From an uncultured bacterium (GTDB lineage Bacteria; Hydrothermota; UBA3072): a stretch of 64,000 bases of DNA. The translations under genes and the position numbers were made by a program. Location of the stretch: positions 66,354 through 130,353 of the forward strand of contig CAYZBF010000002.1 of NCBI GenBank assembly GCA_964476585.1, in the 5' to 3' direction. Below the pieces are notes generated by a model, which searched no databases, was not told the origin of the DNA, and was given only the letters and a program-made list of their open reading frames with translations. How positions within the stretch are numbered: position 1 is the stretch's first letter; the number at the start of each line of letters is the position of its first letter. This document shows, piece after piece, positions 29,868-38,036 of this stretch.

Positions 29868-30690
29868 TGTTAACTACTAACCTTGACAATTTTGGGGCAG
29901 CTTCCCCTGCAGCCTTTAGGACCAGTTCATGATTTATCGGCAGAAGTGCGTCAGGGAGACCCAAATCGCTTATAATGGAAAGACCAAGAACTTTAGAACC
30001 CATCCATCTTGCAACAATCACCTCAGGCACAGTTGACATCCCAACAGCATCAGCTCCTAGTGTCCTTATCATTCTGTATTCGGCTGCAGTTTCAAAAGTG
30101 GGTCCCTGAAGCCCAAAATAGACCCCCTTTCTTACCTTTATGCCTATATCTAAAGCTGTATCTTCAGCAAGTTTCACTAGATCTTTATCATATGTATTGC
30201 ACATATCAGGAAATCTTTGTCCCAATCTCTCATCATTTGGACCTCTCAAGGGATGTTCTGGAAAGAAGTTTATATGATCAGTTATTATCATTATATCGCC
30301 TCTTACAAATTGAGGGTTCAATCCTCCTGCAGCATTTGAGGCTATAAATGTTTCAATCCCTAGAAAGCACAGTAACTTTGCTCCGTACGTAACCTTCCCC
30401 ATATCATACCCTTCATAATAATGAAATCTTCCCTTCATTGCACAAACATTCTTCCCCGAAAGTTTACCTCCAATCAGCATTCCTTCGTGCCCTTTTACTG
30501 TAGAAATCGGGAAATTTGGGATATCCTCATAGGGAATTCCTACCGGATTTTCTATTTTATCTGCCACTCCCCCAAGGCCTGATCCAAGTATAATCCCAAC
30601 ATCAGGCTTATCAAAACTTAAATGCTCAAGAACAGATTCTTTACTCCTGGACAGTCTTTCATATTCCAAGTCTTTCTCTTTTACTTCCAT
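29851..30690 (-). CDS. punA: purine nucleoside phosphorylase (PNP family I, PunA-type)
   Basis: Family motifs (GSGLGG, ASNAAGGLN, GMSTVPE). Confidence 0.8.
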   Translation of the reverse strand: MEVKEKDLEYERLSRSKESVLEHLSFDKPDVGIILGSGLGGVADKIENPVGIPYEDIPNFPISTVKGHEGMLIGGKLSGKNVCAMKGRFHYYEGYDMGKVTYGAKLLCFLGIETFIASNAAGGLNPQFVRGDIMIITDHINFFPEHPLRGPNDERLGQRFPDMCNTYDKDLVKLAEDTALDIGIKVRKGVYFGLQGPTFETAAEYRMIRTLGADAVGMSTVPEVIVARWMGSKVLGLSIISDLGLPDALLPINHELVLKAAGEAAPKLSRLVVNIVERL

Positions 30691-30699
30691 TCTAACTCC

Positions 30700-31236
30700 T
30701 TATTCTTCAAACAGATCACCTACTTTTTTACTCGATTTTGGGGAGACTGAGCCCTCCTTAACCCCTCTTTCTTTCACTTCATATACCTTTATTCTTTCCA
30801 TCTCATCAAGCATCTTTAACTGTGATGAAAGGAACCCTCGAAGTTGCGCTATGAAACCATCCCTTTGACTCTTTAAGGCGCTTATTTGATTCTTCAGATC
30901 ACGAACCCGGGCTGTCACATCTTCTAAAATCTCCCTCGCTTGCATTTTAGCCCTTTTCACTATCATCTCTGCTTCTTTTCGAGCGTTCCTTCGGATCTCG
31001 TCTGTGGTTTTTTGCGCTGATGTAAGGGTATCCTGAAGAGTTTTTTCCATCCTTTTGTAATCCTCAATCTTTATATCCAACTCCCGGAGTTGCTCCTGTA
31101 AACTTTTGTTTTCTCGAACTAGATTTTCCATATCTTTTGCTGTCATCTCAAGAAAAATATCTACTTCATTCTTGTCGTAACCTTTAAATGATTTTTTAAA
31201 CTCTTGCTTTCTAATATCTAATGGTGTGATTTTCAT
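30700..31236 (-). CDS. divIVA: DivIVA domain protein
   Basis: MKITPLDIRKQEFKKSFKGYDKNEVDIFLE N-terminus and a coiled coil. ATG at 31236 with GGAGGT upstream. Confidence 0.8.
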   Translation of the reverse strand: MKITPLDIRKQEFKKSFKGYDKNEVDIFLEMTAKDMENLVRENKSLQEQLRELDIKIEDYKRMEKTLQDTLTSAQKTTDEIRRNARKEAEMIVKRAKMQAREILEDVTARVRDLKNQISALKSQRDGFIAQLRGFLSSQLKMLDEMERIKVYEVKERGVKEGSVSPKSSKKVGDLFEE

Positions 31237-31264
31237 AATTACCTCCACGGTCTTGGAAGTTTTA

Positions 31265-31614
31265 TGGTGGAGGCGGCGGGAATCGAACCCGCGTCCGAAA
31301 TGGCTGTTTGAAAGCGTCTACATGCTTAGTGGTTGTTTTTCTCTCGCCTTCCCAACACCCAACCACAGGACTAAGAAAGGCTATGCCAGTAATTTTTCAT
31401 CCACAATCCCCTGGCAATGATTGCAGACTATTCTCCTTCTATGACACCCTACAAGAGAGTAGGAGAAGAACTCTCTCGCGGACGGGCAGCTAAATTAAGC
31501 TGCCAGAGCGTAATTAACGTTGCCGTTTATATTTATGACCACAGTTTTTCGAGTTATGGCAGCTCGGCATGCAACTTTCAATCCAATTCACTCCGTCGAG
31601 ACCTTTTCGCCCCC
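31265..31614 (-). ncRNA. ssrA: tmRNA (ssrA)
   Basis: The minus strand begins GGGGGCGAAAAGGTCTCGACGG and ends GGTTCGATTCCCGCCGCCTCCACCA, a tRNA-Ala-like T-arm and acceptor. The internal tag reading frame is ...GGC AAC GTT AAT TAC GCT CTG GCA GCT TAA (GNVNYALAA*). Confidence 0.9.
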
Positions 31615-31657
31615 GCTCCTTTTAATATTTTAATGCTTTATATTGAATAGTCAAGGG

Positions 31658-31771
31658 GGAGACAATAGTCTTCAGTCTTTAGTCATAAGTCCTAAGTTAT
31701 TTTTTCTAAAACTTACAATAAATTTTTAAATTTGACTACTGACTATCGACTATAGACTGAAGACTATCTCC
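31658..31771. repeat. long imperfect palindrome (GGAGACAATAGTCTTCAGTCT ... AGACTGAAGACTATCTCC) built from inverted arrays of 7-bp GACTNNN units
   Basis: Arms at 31658-31678 and 31754-31771. Heptads AGTCTTC AGTCTTT AGTCATA AGTCCTA on the left; GACTACT GACTATC GACTATA GACTGAA GACTATC on the right. Confidence 0.75.
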
Positions 31772-31877
31772 TGCATTTATGCAGGAAATAAGGGGTTGAC
31801 AAACCCTACTTAGATATAAATGATATAGAAAATCTAATATCTCAAAGTTAAAATTAAATGCTTAATGAGGAGGTAGT

Positions 31878-33512
31878 ATGGGAAATTCTTTATACAAAAT
31901 AGATAAACCGTCAAATGAACCTATTTATCCTTATGGCCCCGGAAGTTTAGAGAAAAAGGAATTAAGAGAAAAAATAAAAGAACTTAAAGGTAAAGAGCTC
32001 GAGATTCCACTTATTATAGGTGGTGAAGAGATAATGACAGGAGATATTGGAGAATGTGTTATACCACATGAAAACGATAAGATTCTGGGCAAGTATCACA
32101 AGGCTGGAAAGGATGAAGTGGAGATGGCAATAAATGCAGCACTAAAAGCAAGGAAAAAGTGGTCAGAGACACCATGGGAACATCGTGCTTCTATCTTTAA
32201 GAGAGCAGCGGAACTACTGTCCGGGCCTTGGAGAAGCACCTTGAATGCAGCCTGCATGCTATGTCAGAGTAAGACGGTTTTTCAGGCCGAAATTGATTCT
32301 GCATGCGAACTAATAGATTTCTTCCGCTTTAATTCCTACTATATGACAGAGATTTACACCGAGCAGCCAAACTCACCAGGAGCAGTTTATAATAGATTGG
32401 AACATAGACCCCTTGAAGGATTTGTATTCGCTGTAACGCCATTCAACTTTGCTTCAATAGCAGGGAATCTTCCCACTTCACCCATTCTTATGGGTAATGT
32501 AACTGTCTGGAAACCAGCGTCTTCTGCAGTATATACGGCTTATTGGATAATGAAGTTATTACAGGAAGCAGGTGTTCCTGATGGAGTAATAAATTTTGTC
32601 CCTGGATCAGGTGGACAGGTTGGGCAACCTGCTCTCACCAATCTAAACCTTGCCGGTATCCATTTCACCGGTTCAACTGCAACATTCCAGTATATGTGGA
32701 AAACAATTGGGGAAAACATCATGAACTATAAGACCTATCCAAGAATCGTAGGAGAAACTGGTGGTAAAAACTTTATCTTCGTTCACGAAAGCGCTAACAT
32801 GAAAGAAGTGCTTACCGCACTTATAAGAGGAGCCTTTGAATATCAGGGACAGAAATGTTCTGCAGCTTCGCGTGCTTATATTCCTCTCACCATGTGGAAG
32901 AGTGGATTAAAAGAGGAACTTATCCAAACAACTGAAGAACTAAAAATGGGGTCTCCTGAGGATTTTAGAAACTTCCTGACTGCAGTAATAGATAAGGCTG
33001 CATTCAATTCAATAGTGAAATATATCGACGATGCAAAAGAATCTTCTGATGCTCTGGTAATTACCGGTGGAGAATATGACGATTCAAAAGGATACTTTAT
33101 AAAACCAACAATAATCCTGACGACAAACCCAAGTTATAAATCAATGAAAGAAGAGATCTTTGGTCCAGTCCTCACCATCTATGTCTACAAAGACGATGAA
33201 TATGAAGAAACGTTAGAAATCTGTGATAAGACCTCTCCCTACGCCCTAACTGGTTCTATATTCGCAAAAAACCGCAATGCAATTATAAAGGCTGAAAAAC
33301 TCCTCACACATGCTGCCGGTAACTTTTATATAAACGATAAACCTACAGGAGCAGTAGTGGGACAGCAACCATTTGGAGGGAGCCGGGCATCAGGGACAAA
33401 TGATAAAGCAGGAAGTAAGTTGAACCTCCTTAGATGGGTCACTCCAAGAACAATAAAAGAAAACTTAGCTCCTCCAACTGACTACCGTTATCTATTTATG
33501 CAGGATAAGTAA
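31878..33512 (+). CDS. aldehyde dehydrogenase family protein, delta-1-pyrroline-5-carboxylate dehydrogenase-like (~540-aa form)
   Basis: ALDH catalytic region (FEYQGQKCSA, ETGGKN) and overall similarity to the Thermus/Bacillus-type P5CDH. Confidence 0.75.
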   Translation: MGNSLYKIDKPSNEPIYPYGPGSLEKKELREKIKELKGKELEIPLIIGGEEIMTGDIGECVIPHENDKILGKYHKAGKDEVEMAINAALKARKKWSETPWEHRASIFKRAAELLSGPWRSTLNAACMLCQSKTVFQAEIDSACELIDFFRFNSYYMTEIYTEQPNSPGAVYNRLEHRPLEGFVFAVTPFNFASIAGNLPTSPILMGNVTVWKPASSAVYTAYWIMKLLQEAGVPDGVINFVPGSGGQVGQPALTNLNLAGIHFTGSTATFQYMWKTIGENIMNYKTYPRIVGETGGKNFIFVHESANMKEVLTALIRGAFEYQGQKCSAASRAYIPLTMWKSGLKEELIQTTEELKMGSPEDFRNFLTAVIDKAAFNSIVKYIDDAKESSDALVITGGEYDDSKGYFIKPTIILTTNPSYKSMKEEIFGPVLTIYVYKDDEYEETLEICDKTSPYALTGSIFAKNRNAIIKAEKLLTHAAGNFYINDKPTGAVVGQQPFGGSRASGTNDKAGSKLNLLRWVTPRTIKENLAPPTDYRYLFMQDK

Positions 33513-33514
33513 AA

Positions 33515-34726
33515 ATGAAAAAAGCAACTGTTGGCACTTTAGGGGAAGAGAAAAGAGTAGATTGTAATATACATCTTGAGTTAAAAAACACCGGTGGTAT
33601 CAATCTTGATCTTAGTTCCAAGGTCGAGGTTATGTATGGTAATTCCATACGTGAGATTGTCCACAGAGAGTTATCATTCTTTGGGATAGAAAATACCAAG
33701 ATAGTGATTGAGGATTACGGAGCGTATCCCTTCGTACTGCAAGCAAGACTGGAAACCGTTGTAAAGAGGGCCCTTCCTGATATAGGTAAGGAATTCCTGC
33801 CAGAGTTTTCAGAAAAGTGTCTCTATAAATCTTCAAGAGATAGATTTCGAAGGACTCGTCTGTATCTACCCGGGAATTCCCCCAACTTTATGATTAATGC
33901 CGGGCTACATAAGCCTGATGGAATTATACTGGATTTAGAGGATTCTGTTGCACCATTCGAAAAAGATGCTGCAAGGGCTTTGGTGCGGAATGCCCTCAGG
34001 GTTGTCAACTTTCACAATGCAGAACGTATGGTTAGAATTAACCAGTTCCCAATGGGACTTCTGGACCTCGAGTGCGTAATCCCGCACAACACCCATCTCA
34101 TACTCATTCCTAAATGTGAATCCAAAGAGACAGTCCATAAGGTAGATGAAAAAATAAAGGAAATCAAGAAAAAAAATAATATTGAACAGGAGATATTCTT
34201 AATGCCTATTATCGAGAGTGCATTGGGTGTAATTAGTGCATATGAGATAGCCTCAGCATCTCCCAATGTAGTCGCTCTCACTATTGGTCTTGAAGACTAT
34301 ACAGCTGACATAAGTACTCATCGGACTAAGGAAGGCAGAGAGAGTTTCCTTGCGCGTGGAAGTTTAGTAAACGCTGCACGCGCAGCAGGGGTACAACCCA
34401 TTGACACAGTATTCACAGATGTAGATGATGCTGAAGGGTTAAGGGAGGTAACCCTTGAAGCAAAATCCCTTGGATTTGTAGGAAAGGGCTGTATCCATCC
34501 TCGCCAGATAGAAGTAATACACGAGGCATTTGCACCAACAGAGGAAGAGATTGAAAAGGCAAAGAAAATAGTTAGGGCTTTTGAAGAAGCTAAATTACAC
34601 AATCTCTCTGTAGTCTCACTTGGCAGCAAGATGATAGATCCTCCAGTTGTAAAAAGGTCAGAGCAGACAGTCAAACTTGCAATCAAAACAGGAAATTTAG
34701 ATGAGAATTGGAGGGATAATGAATGA
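33515..34726 (+). CDS. citE: fused citrate-lyase gamma-like (CitD) + beta (CitE, citryl-ACP/CoA-ester lyase) protein
   Basis: Residues ~1-90 resemble CitD (VGTL..., ...ARLETVVKRAL). The remainder is CitE-like (LYLPGNSPNFM, ILDLEDSV, LTIGLEDY, GCIHPRQI). Confidence 0.8.
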   Translation: MKKATVGTLGEEKRVDCNIHLELKNTGGINLDLSSKVEVMYGNSIREIVHRELSFFGIENTKIVIEDYGAYPFVLQARLETVVKRALPDIGKEFLPEFSEKCLYKSSRDRFRRTRLYLPGNSPNFMINAGLHKPDGIILDLEDSVAPFEKDAARALVRNALRVVNFHNAERMVRINQFPMGLLDLECVIPHNTHLILIPKCESKETVHKVDEKIKEIKKKNNIEQEIFLMPIIESALGVISAYEIASASPNVVALTIGLEDYTADISTHRTKEGRESFLARGSLVNAARAAGVQPIDTVFTDVDDAEGLREVTLEAKSLGFVGKGCIHPRQIEVIHEAFAPTEEEIEKAKKIVRAFEEAKLHNLSVVSLGSKMIDPPVVKRSEQTVKLAIKTGNLDENWRDNE

Positions 34727-36287
34727 AGATTATAAGTTGAAGAAGAATGCAGCAGGGAGATTGATCCCTACTATAATAAACGGTAAAATTTCTATCCCCT
34801 ATCAGGGGATAGGCAAATACAAACCAACAGGCAAAAAGGCTGCACCCCCCATAGCAAGTTGCGCGGATTATCCTGCCAATGGAAATAAGGTAGTAAAGGA
34901 TCTTAAAACAGCATTAACTGAGACAGGAATAAAAGACGGTATGACTATCTCAACCCACCACCACTTCAGGAATGGAGATTATGTTGCAAACGCCGTCTTT
35001 GAGGCAGCTGCAGAAATAGGGGTAAAAAACCTATGCTGGTTTCCCTCAGCATCCTTTCCCTGTCATGCTCCCATAATTGAACATCTAAAATCAGGTATGG
35101 TTCATCACATTGAAGGCAGTATGAATGGACCTTTAGGAGAGTTTGCCTCCAGAGGAGGAATGAAGGGTATGGGGGTCCTGCGCTCCCATGGTGGTCGATA
35201 TCAAGCTGTGCAGGATGGAGAAGTCCATATAGATATTGCAGTCATTGCTGCTCCGACTGCAGATTCCTTCGGTAATGCTAATGGCCTTTTAGGGGAATCA
35301 GCCTGCGGATTACTCGGTTTCGCACTAGCTGATTCCCAATATGCTGATAAGGTTATTGTTGTAACAGATAATCTGATTGACTTCCCCTGCCACCCATGGC
35401 AGATACAGGGTAACCACGTGGATTATGTGGTAGTAATGGATAAGATTGGCGACCCCGAGAAGATAGTATCGGGAACCACAAGGATAACAAAAAGCCCTGA
35501 TAGGCATCGTATTGCAAGAATGGCAGCACAGTTCTTAAGAGATACTGGTATAATGAGGAATGGATTTTCCTTCCAGGCAGGGGCAGGTGGCACATCACTT
35601 GCCTTTGTTGATTACCTTTCCGGATATATGCGGGAAGCAGGAGTAACAGCACGATTTATAAGGGGTGGAAGTACTAAATTCCTGGTAGATATGTTGGAAG
35701 AAGGGCTTACTGATTACATACTTGATGGACAGACATTTGACCTTAAAGGCGTCCAGTCAATGAGGGAGCATCCAAACCATGCGGATACCAGCCCCTTCAC
35801 AAGTTACAACTATCACGGGAAAGGGATGTTTGCGACGATGGTCGATGCAGCAATCCTGGGTGCAACAGAGGTAGATATCAATTTTAACGGGAATGTGGTT
35901 ACTCATTCAGATGGGATGTTACTTCATGGGATAGGAGGATGGCAGAATACACTATTCTCCAAATGCACCATACTCACCGTTCCTACCTTTAGAAACAGGA
36001 TTCCCATTATTGTAGACGAGGTTACAACTCTAGTAGGACCCGGCGAACTCATTGACGTAGTAGTCACAGAGAGGGGAATTGCAATAAATCCCAGAAGGAA
36101 AGACCTTTTATGTTCAGTGAAGGATTCAAATCTCCCAATACGTTCCATAGAAGAGTTGAAAGAAGAAGCAGATGAGATATGTGGTGGTAAACCCCAAAAG
36201 CCAAAATTAGGAGATAGAATAATCGCCGCAATCAAATGGGTCGATGGCACAGTGATTGATGCAGTAAAAATAGTCGAGGGTCCATAG
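34701..36287 (+). CDS. citF: citrate lyase alpha subunit (citrate CoA-transferase) CitF
   Basis: GMTISTHHHFRNGD, FPCHAPIIEHL, FGNANG and a C-terminal DRIIAAIKWVDGTVIDAV match E. coli CitF blocks. Confidence 0.85.
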   Translation: MRIGGIMNEDYKLKKNAAGRLIPTIINGKISIPYQGIGKYKPTGKKAAPPIASCADYPANGNKVVKDLKTALTETGIKDGMTISTHHHFRNGDYVANAVFEAAAEIGVKNLCWFPSASFPCHAPIIEHLKSGMVHHIEGSMNGPLGEFASRGGMKGMGVLRSHGGRYQAVQDGEVHIDIAVIAAPTADSFGNANGLLGESACGLLGFALADSQYADKVIVVTDNLIDFPCHPWQIQGNHVDYVVVMDKIGDPEKIVSGTTRITKSPDRHRIARMAAQFLRDTGIMRNGFSFQAGAGGTSLAFVDYLSGYMREAGVTARFIRGGSTKFLVDMLEEGLTDYILDGQTFDLKGVQSMREHPNHADTSPFTSYNYHGKGMFATMVDAAILGATEVDINFNGNVVTHSDGMLLHGIGGWQNTLFSKCTILTVPTFRNRIPIIVDEVTTLVGPGELIDVVVTERGIAINPRRKDLLCSVKDSNLPIRSIEELKEEADEICGGKPQKPKLGDRIIAAIKWVDGTVIDAVKIVEGP

Positions 36288-36341
36288 ATTCTAACTTTTC
36301 TTTAACTTTTAAAGCTTCCGACTTTTTATTCTTCAACTAAT

Positions 36342-36369
36342 GACATTCGACTACTGACTAATGACTCAT
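36342..36369. repeat. 7-bp tandem repeat array GACATTC GACTACT GACTAAT GACTCAT
   Basis: Seen directly; shares GACTACTGACTA with the array at 31734. Confidence 0.65.
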
Positions 36370-36657
36370 TATTGCTCATCCACTCATTTACCCATCTCCC
36401 ACCTTGACTTATTAAATTTTTTAATAGGGTTTTATGAATGAGAAGATGAAAAATGATTTACAAAAACTATGCGATTCAGAAAAAGGAGGAGGTTTTGATG
36501 AATTATTTAGAAAAGTTTATCCCTTCAATTTCTGTTCTTTTGGTACCTTTGGAATGCGCCAGGGGAAATGCATCATGGGATAATACATAAGGTGTGTAGC
36601 TATCAAAAATACTATCACAGATGGATAGAGTACCCCCAGCGACCTGTATGCAATAAA

Positions 36658-37251
36658 TTATTTTTGAATCCGATCTCTTATTACAAACGGTTCCTTCATT
36701 TCTTCGGGTTTAAGTATTTTCCTCGGTTTATAGCCTAAAATAAAGTATTTCGTTCCTATCAAATTCAATAAATCAACGTCTTTAAAGAATGTCCATATCA
36801 GAGCACCAACTTCTGCCAGACCCCACATAAAGAGTTCTGTGGTTACTGGCTTTGTTGGATTGGTAAAATTAATATATGTCCTTTTACATGTTCCCTTGGT
36901 CACGTCGTAACCCGTATGAAAACTCATAATAAATTTCTCCGAATCTAAGATCTCTGCCAGAGACCACTTATAGCCTTGATTTAAAAATATACGGCTTCTT
37001 CTATCAGATTCATCTACAATAAAGAGACCATCATCTACAAGTATTTGACTGACCGAATAGAAGAGTCTGACGATATCCCATGGATTGAAATGCGGTGTAG
37101 AAAGTCCATAAATTAATGCAATATCAAACTTTTCTTTTAGTTCGTGTACTTCTCTTGCATCTATAGTCAAAATCCTTACATCTTTATCGAGAATCTCACT
37201 TCCCCACTCTTTACCCATATTCAAGGCATCTTTTCTTAAATCTGTTATCAT
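36658..37251 (-). CDS. hypothetical protein
   Basis: ORF track only; no confident family assignment. Confidence 0.4.
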   Translation of the reverse strand: MITDLRKDALNMGKEWGSEILDKDVRILTIDAREVHELKEKFDIALIYGLSTPHFNPWDIVRLFYSVSQILVDDGLFIVDESDRRSRIFLNQGYKWSLAEILDSEKFIMSFHTGYDVTKGTCKRTYINFTNPTKPVTTELFMWGLAEVGALIWTFFKDVDLLNLIGTKYFILGYKPRKILKPEEMKEPFVIRDRIQK

Positions 37252-37361
37252 CGGAAAGTTCTATCTTTTCCTTCTTATCTCTCATATCAACACCCCCTTA
37301 AATCTCTACATTATTGACTGTCATATAAAACCGGAGACCAAACTTATAGTATTAAATAAAG

Positions 37362-38018
37362 TTAACACTCAACTATTTTTCCTGCTGTTATATTTCTTTC
37401 TTTATCGCCTCTTCTATTAGAATAAAATGCATCTGATGAATATGTGTCTTCAGGAAAGGTATAAACGGTTCTCACTCCCATCTCCTCCATTTCCCTCACA
37501 TTTGCTTCCTTAAGATCAAGAAAATAACGAGCCTTTTCAATGTGAACACCAGGGATTCCTTCAATTTTAAACAAATCATATATCTCAACTCCAACCTCAT
37601 AGTTTTCTCTTCTAATGGAGGGTCCAAAGGCCACAATCCAGTCAGAGATGTCCAATTTCAAATCATTTTTCATTTTTAGAAAAAACTTTCTTGTGATTCG
37701 GAGCAATGTTCCCCTCCATCCTGCATGCAAGATTGCTAAAATTTTCTTCCCGGTGTGGTAAAGTACGACAGGGAGACAATCCGCTGTTTTTACGTATATG
37801 ATAATATCTTTCTCGTCTGTAAAAATTCCATCTCCGACCAGTTTAACTCCTGGGTAAGCTCTGTGAATTACTGAAGAATGAATCTGTCCAAGTCCACACG
37901 GCCTCCCTTGGATCTCCTTCAGTGGATCAAAGGATTTTGTCCCCTGCAAAACCAGAGCGTCCGAATCAAAGCTTAACTCATACCAGATTTTGCCTTCTCT
38001 TTCTTTCCTTTCCCACAT
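37362..38018 (-). CDS. pgeF: peptidoglycan editing factor PgeF (YfiH/DUF152, polyphenol-oxidase-like)
   Basis: ILHAGWRGT motif and family size. Confidence 0.75.
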   Translation of the reverse strand: MWERKEREGKIWYELSFDSDALVLQGTKSFDPLKEIQGRPCGLGQIHSSVIHRAYPGVKLVGDGIFTDEKDIIIYVKTADCLPVVLYHTGKKILAILHAGWRGTLLRITRKFFLKMKNDLKLDISDWIVAFGPSIRRENYEVGVEIYDLFKIEGIPGVHIEKARYFLDLKEANVREMEEMGVRTVYTFPEDTYSSDAFYSNRRGDKERNITAGKIVEC

Positions 38019-38036
38019 CCCCTTACTCCTACTTCA

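Noticed and set aside
31226-31650. Plus-strand ORFs 31226-31420, 31308-31493 and 31417-31650
   Set aside because: They overlap the tmRNA gene on the opposite strand; tmRNA structure explains the sequence.
33496-36250. Minus-strand ORFs within the ALDH-citDE-citF operon (e.g. 34318-34686, 35353-35652, 35924-36250)
   Set aside because: Antisense to strongly supported CitE/CitF frames; compositionally biased translations.
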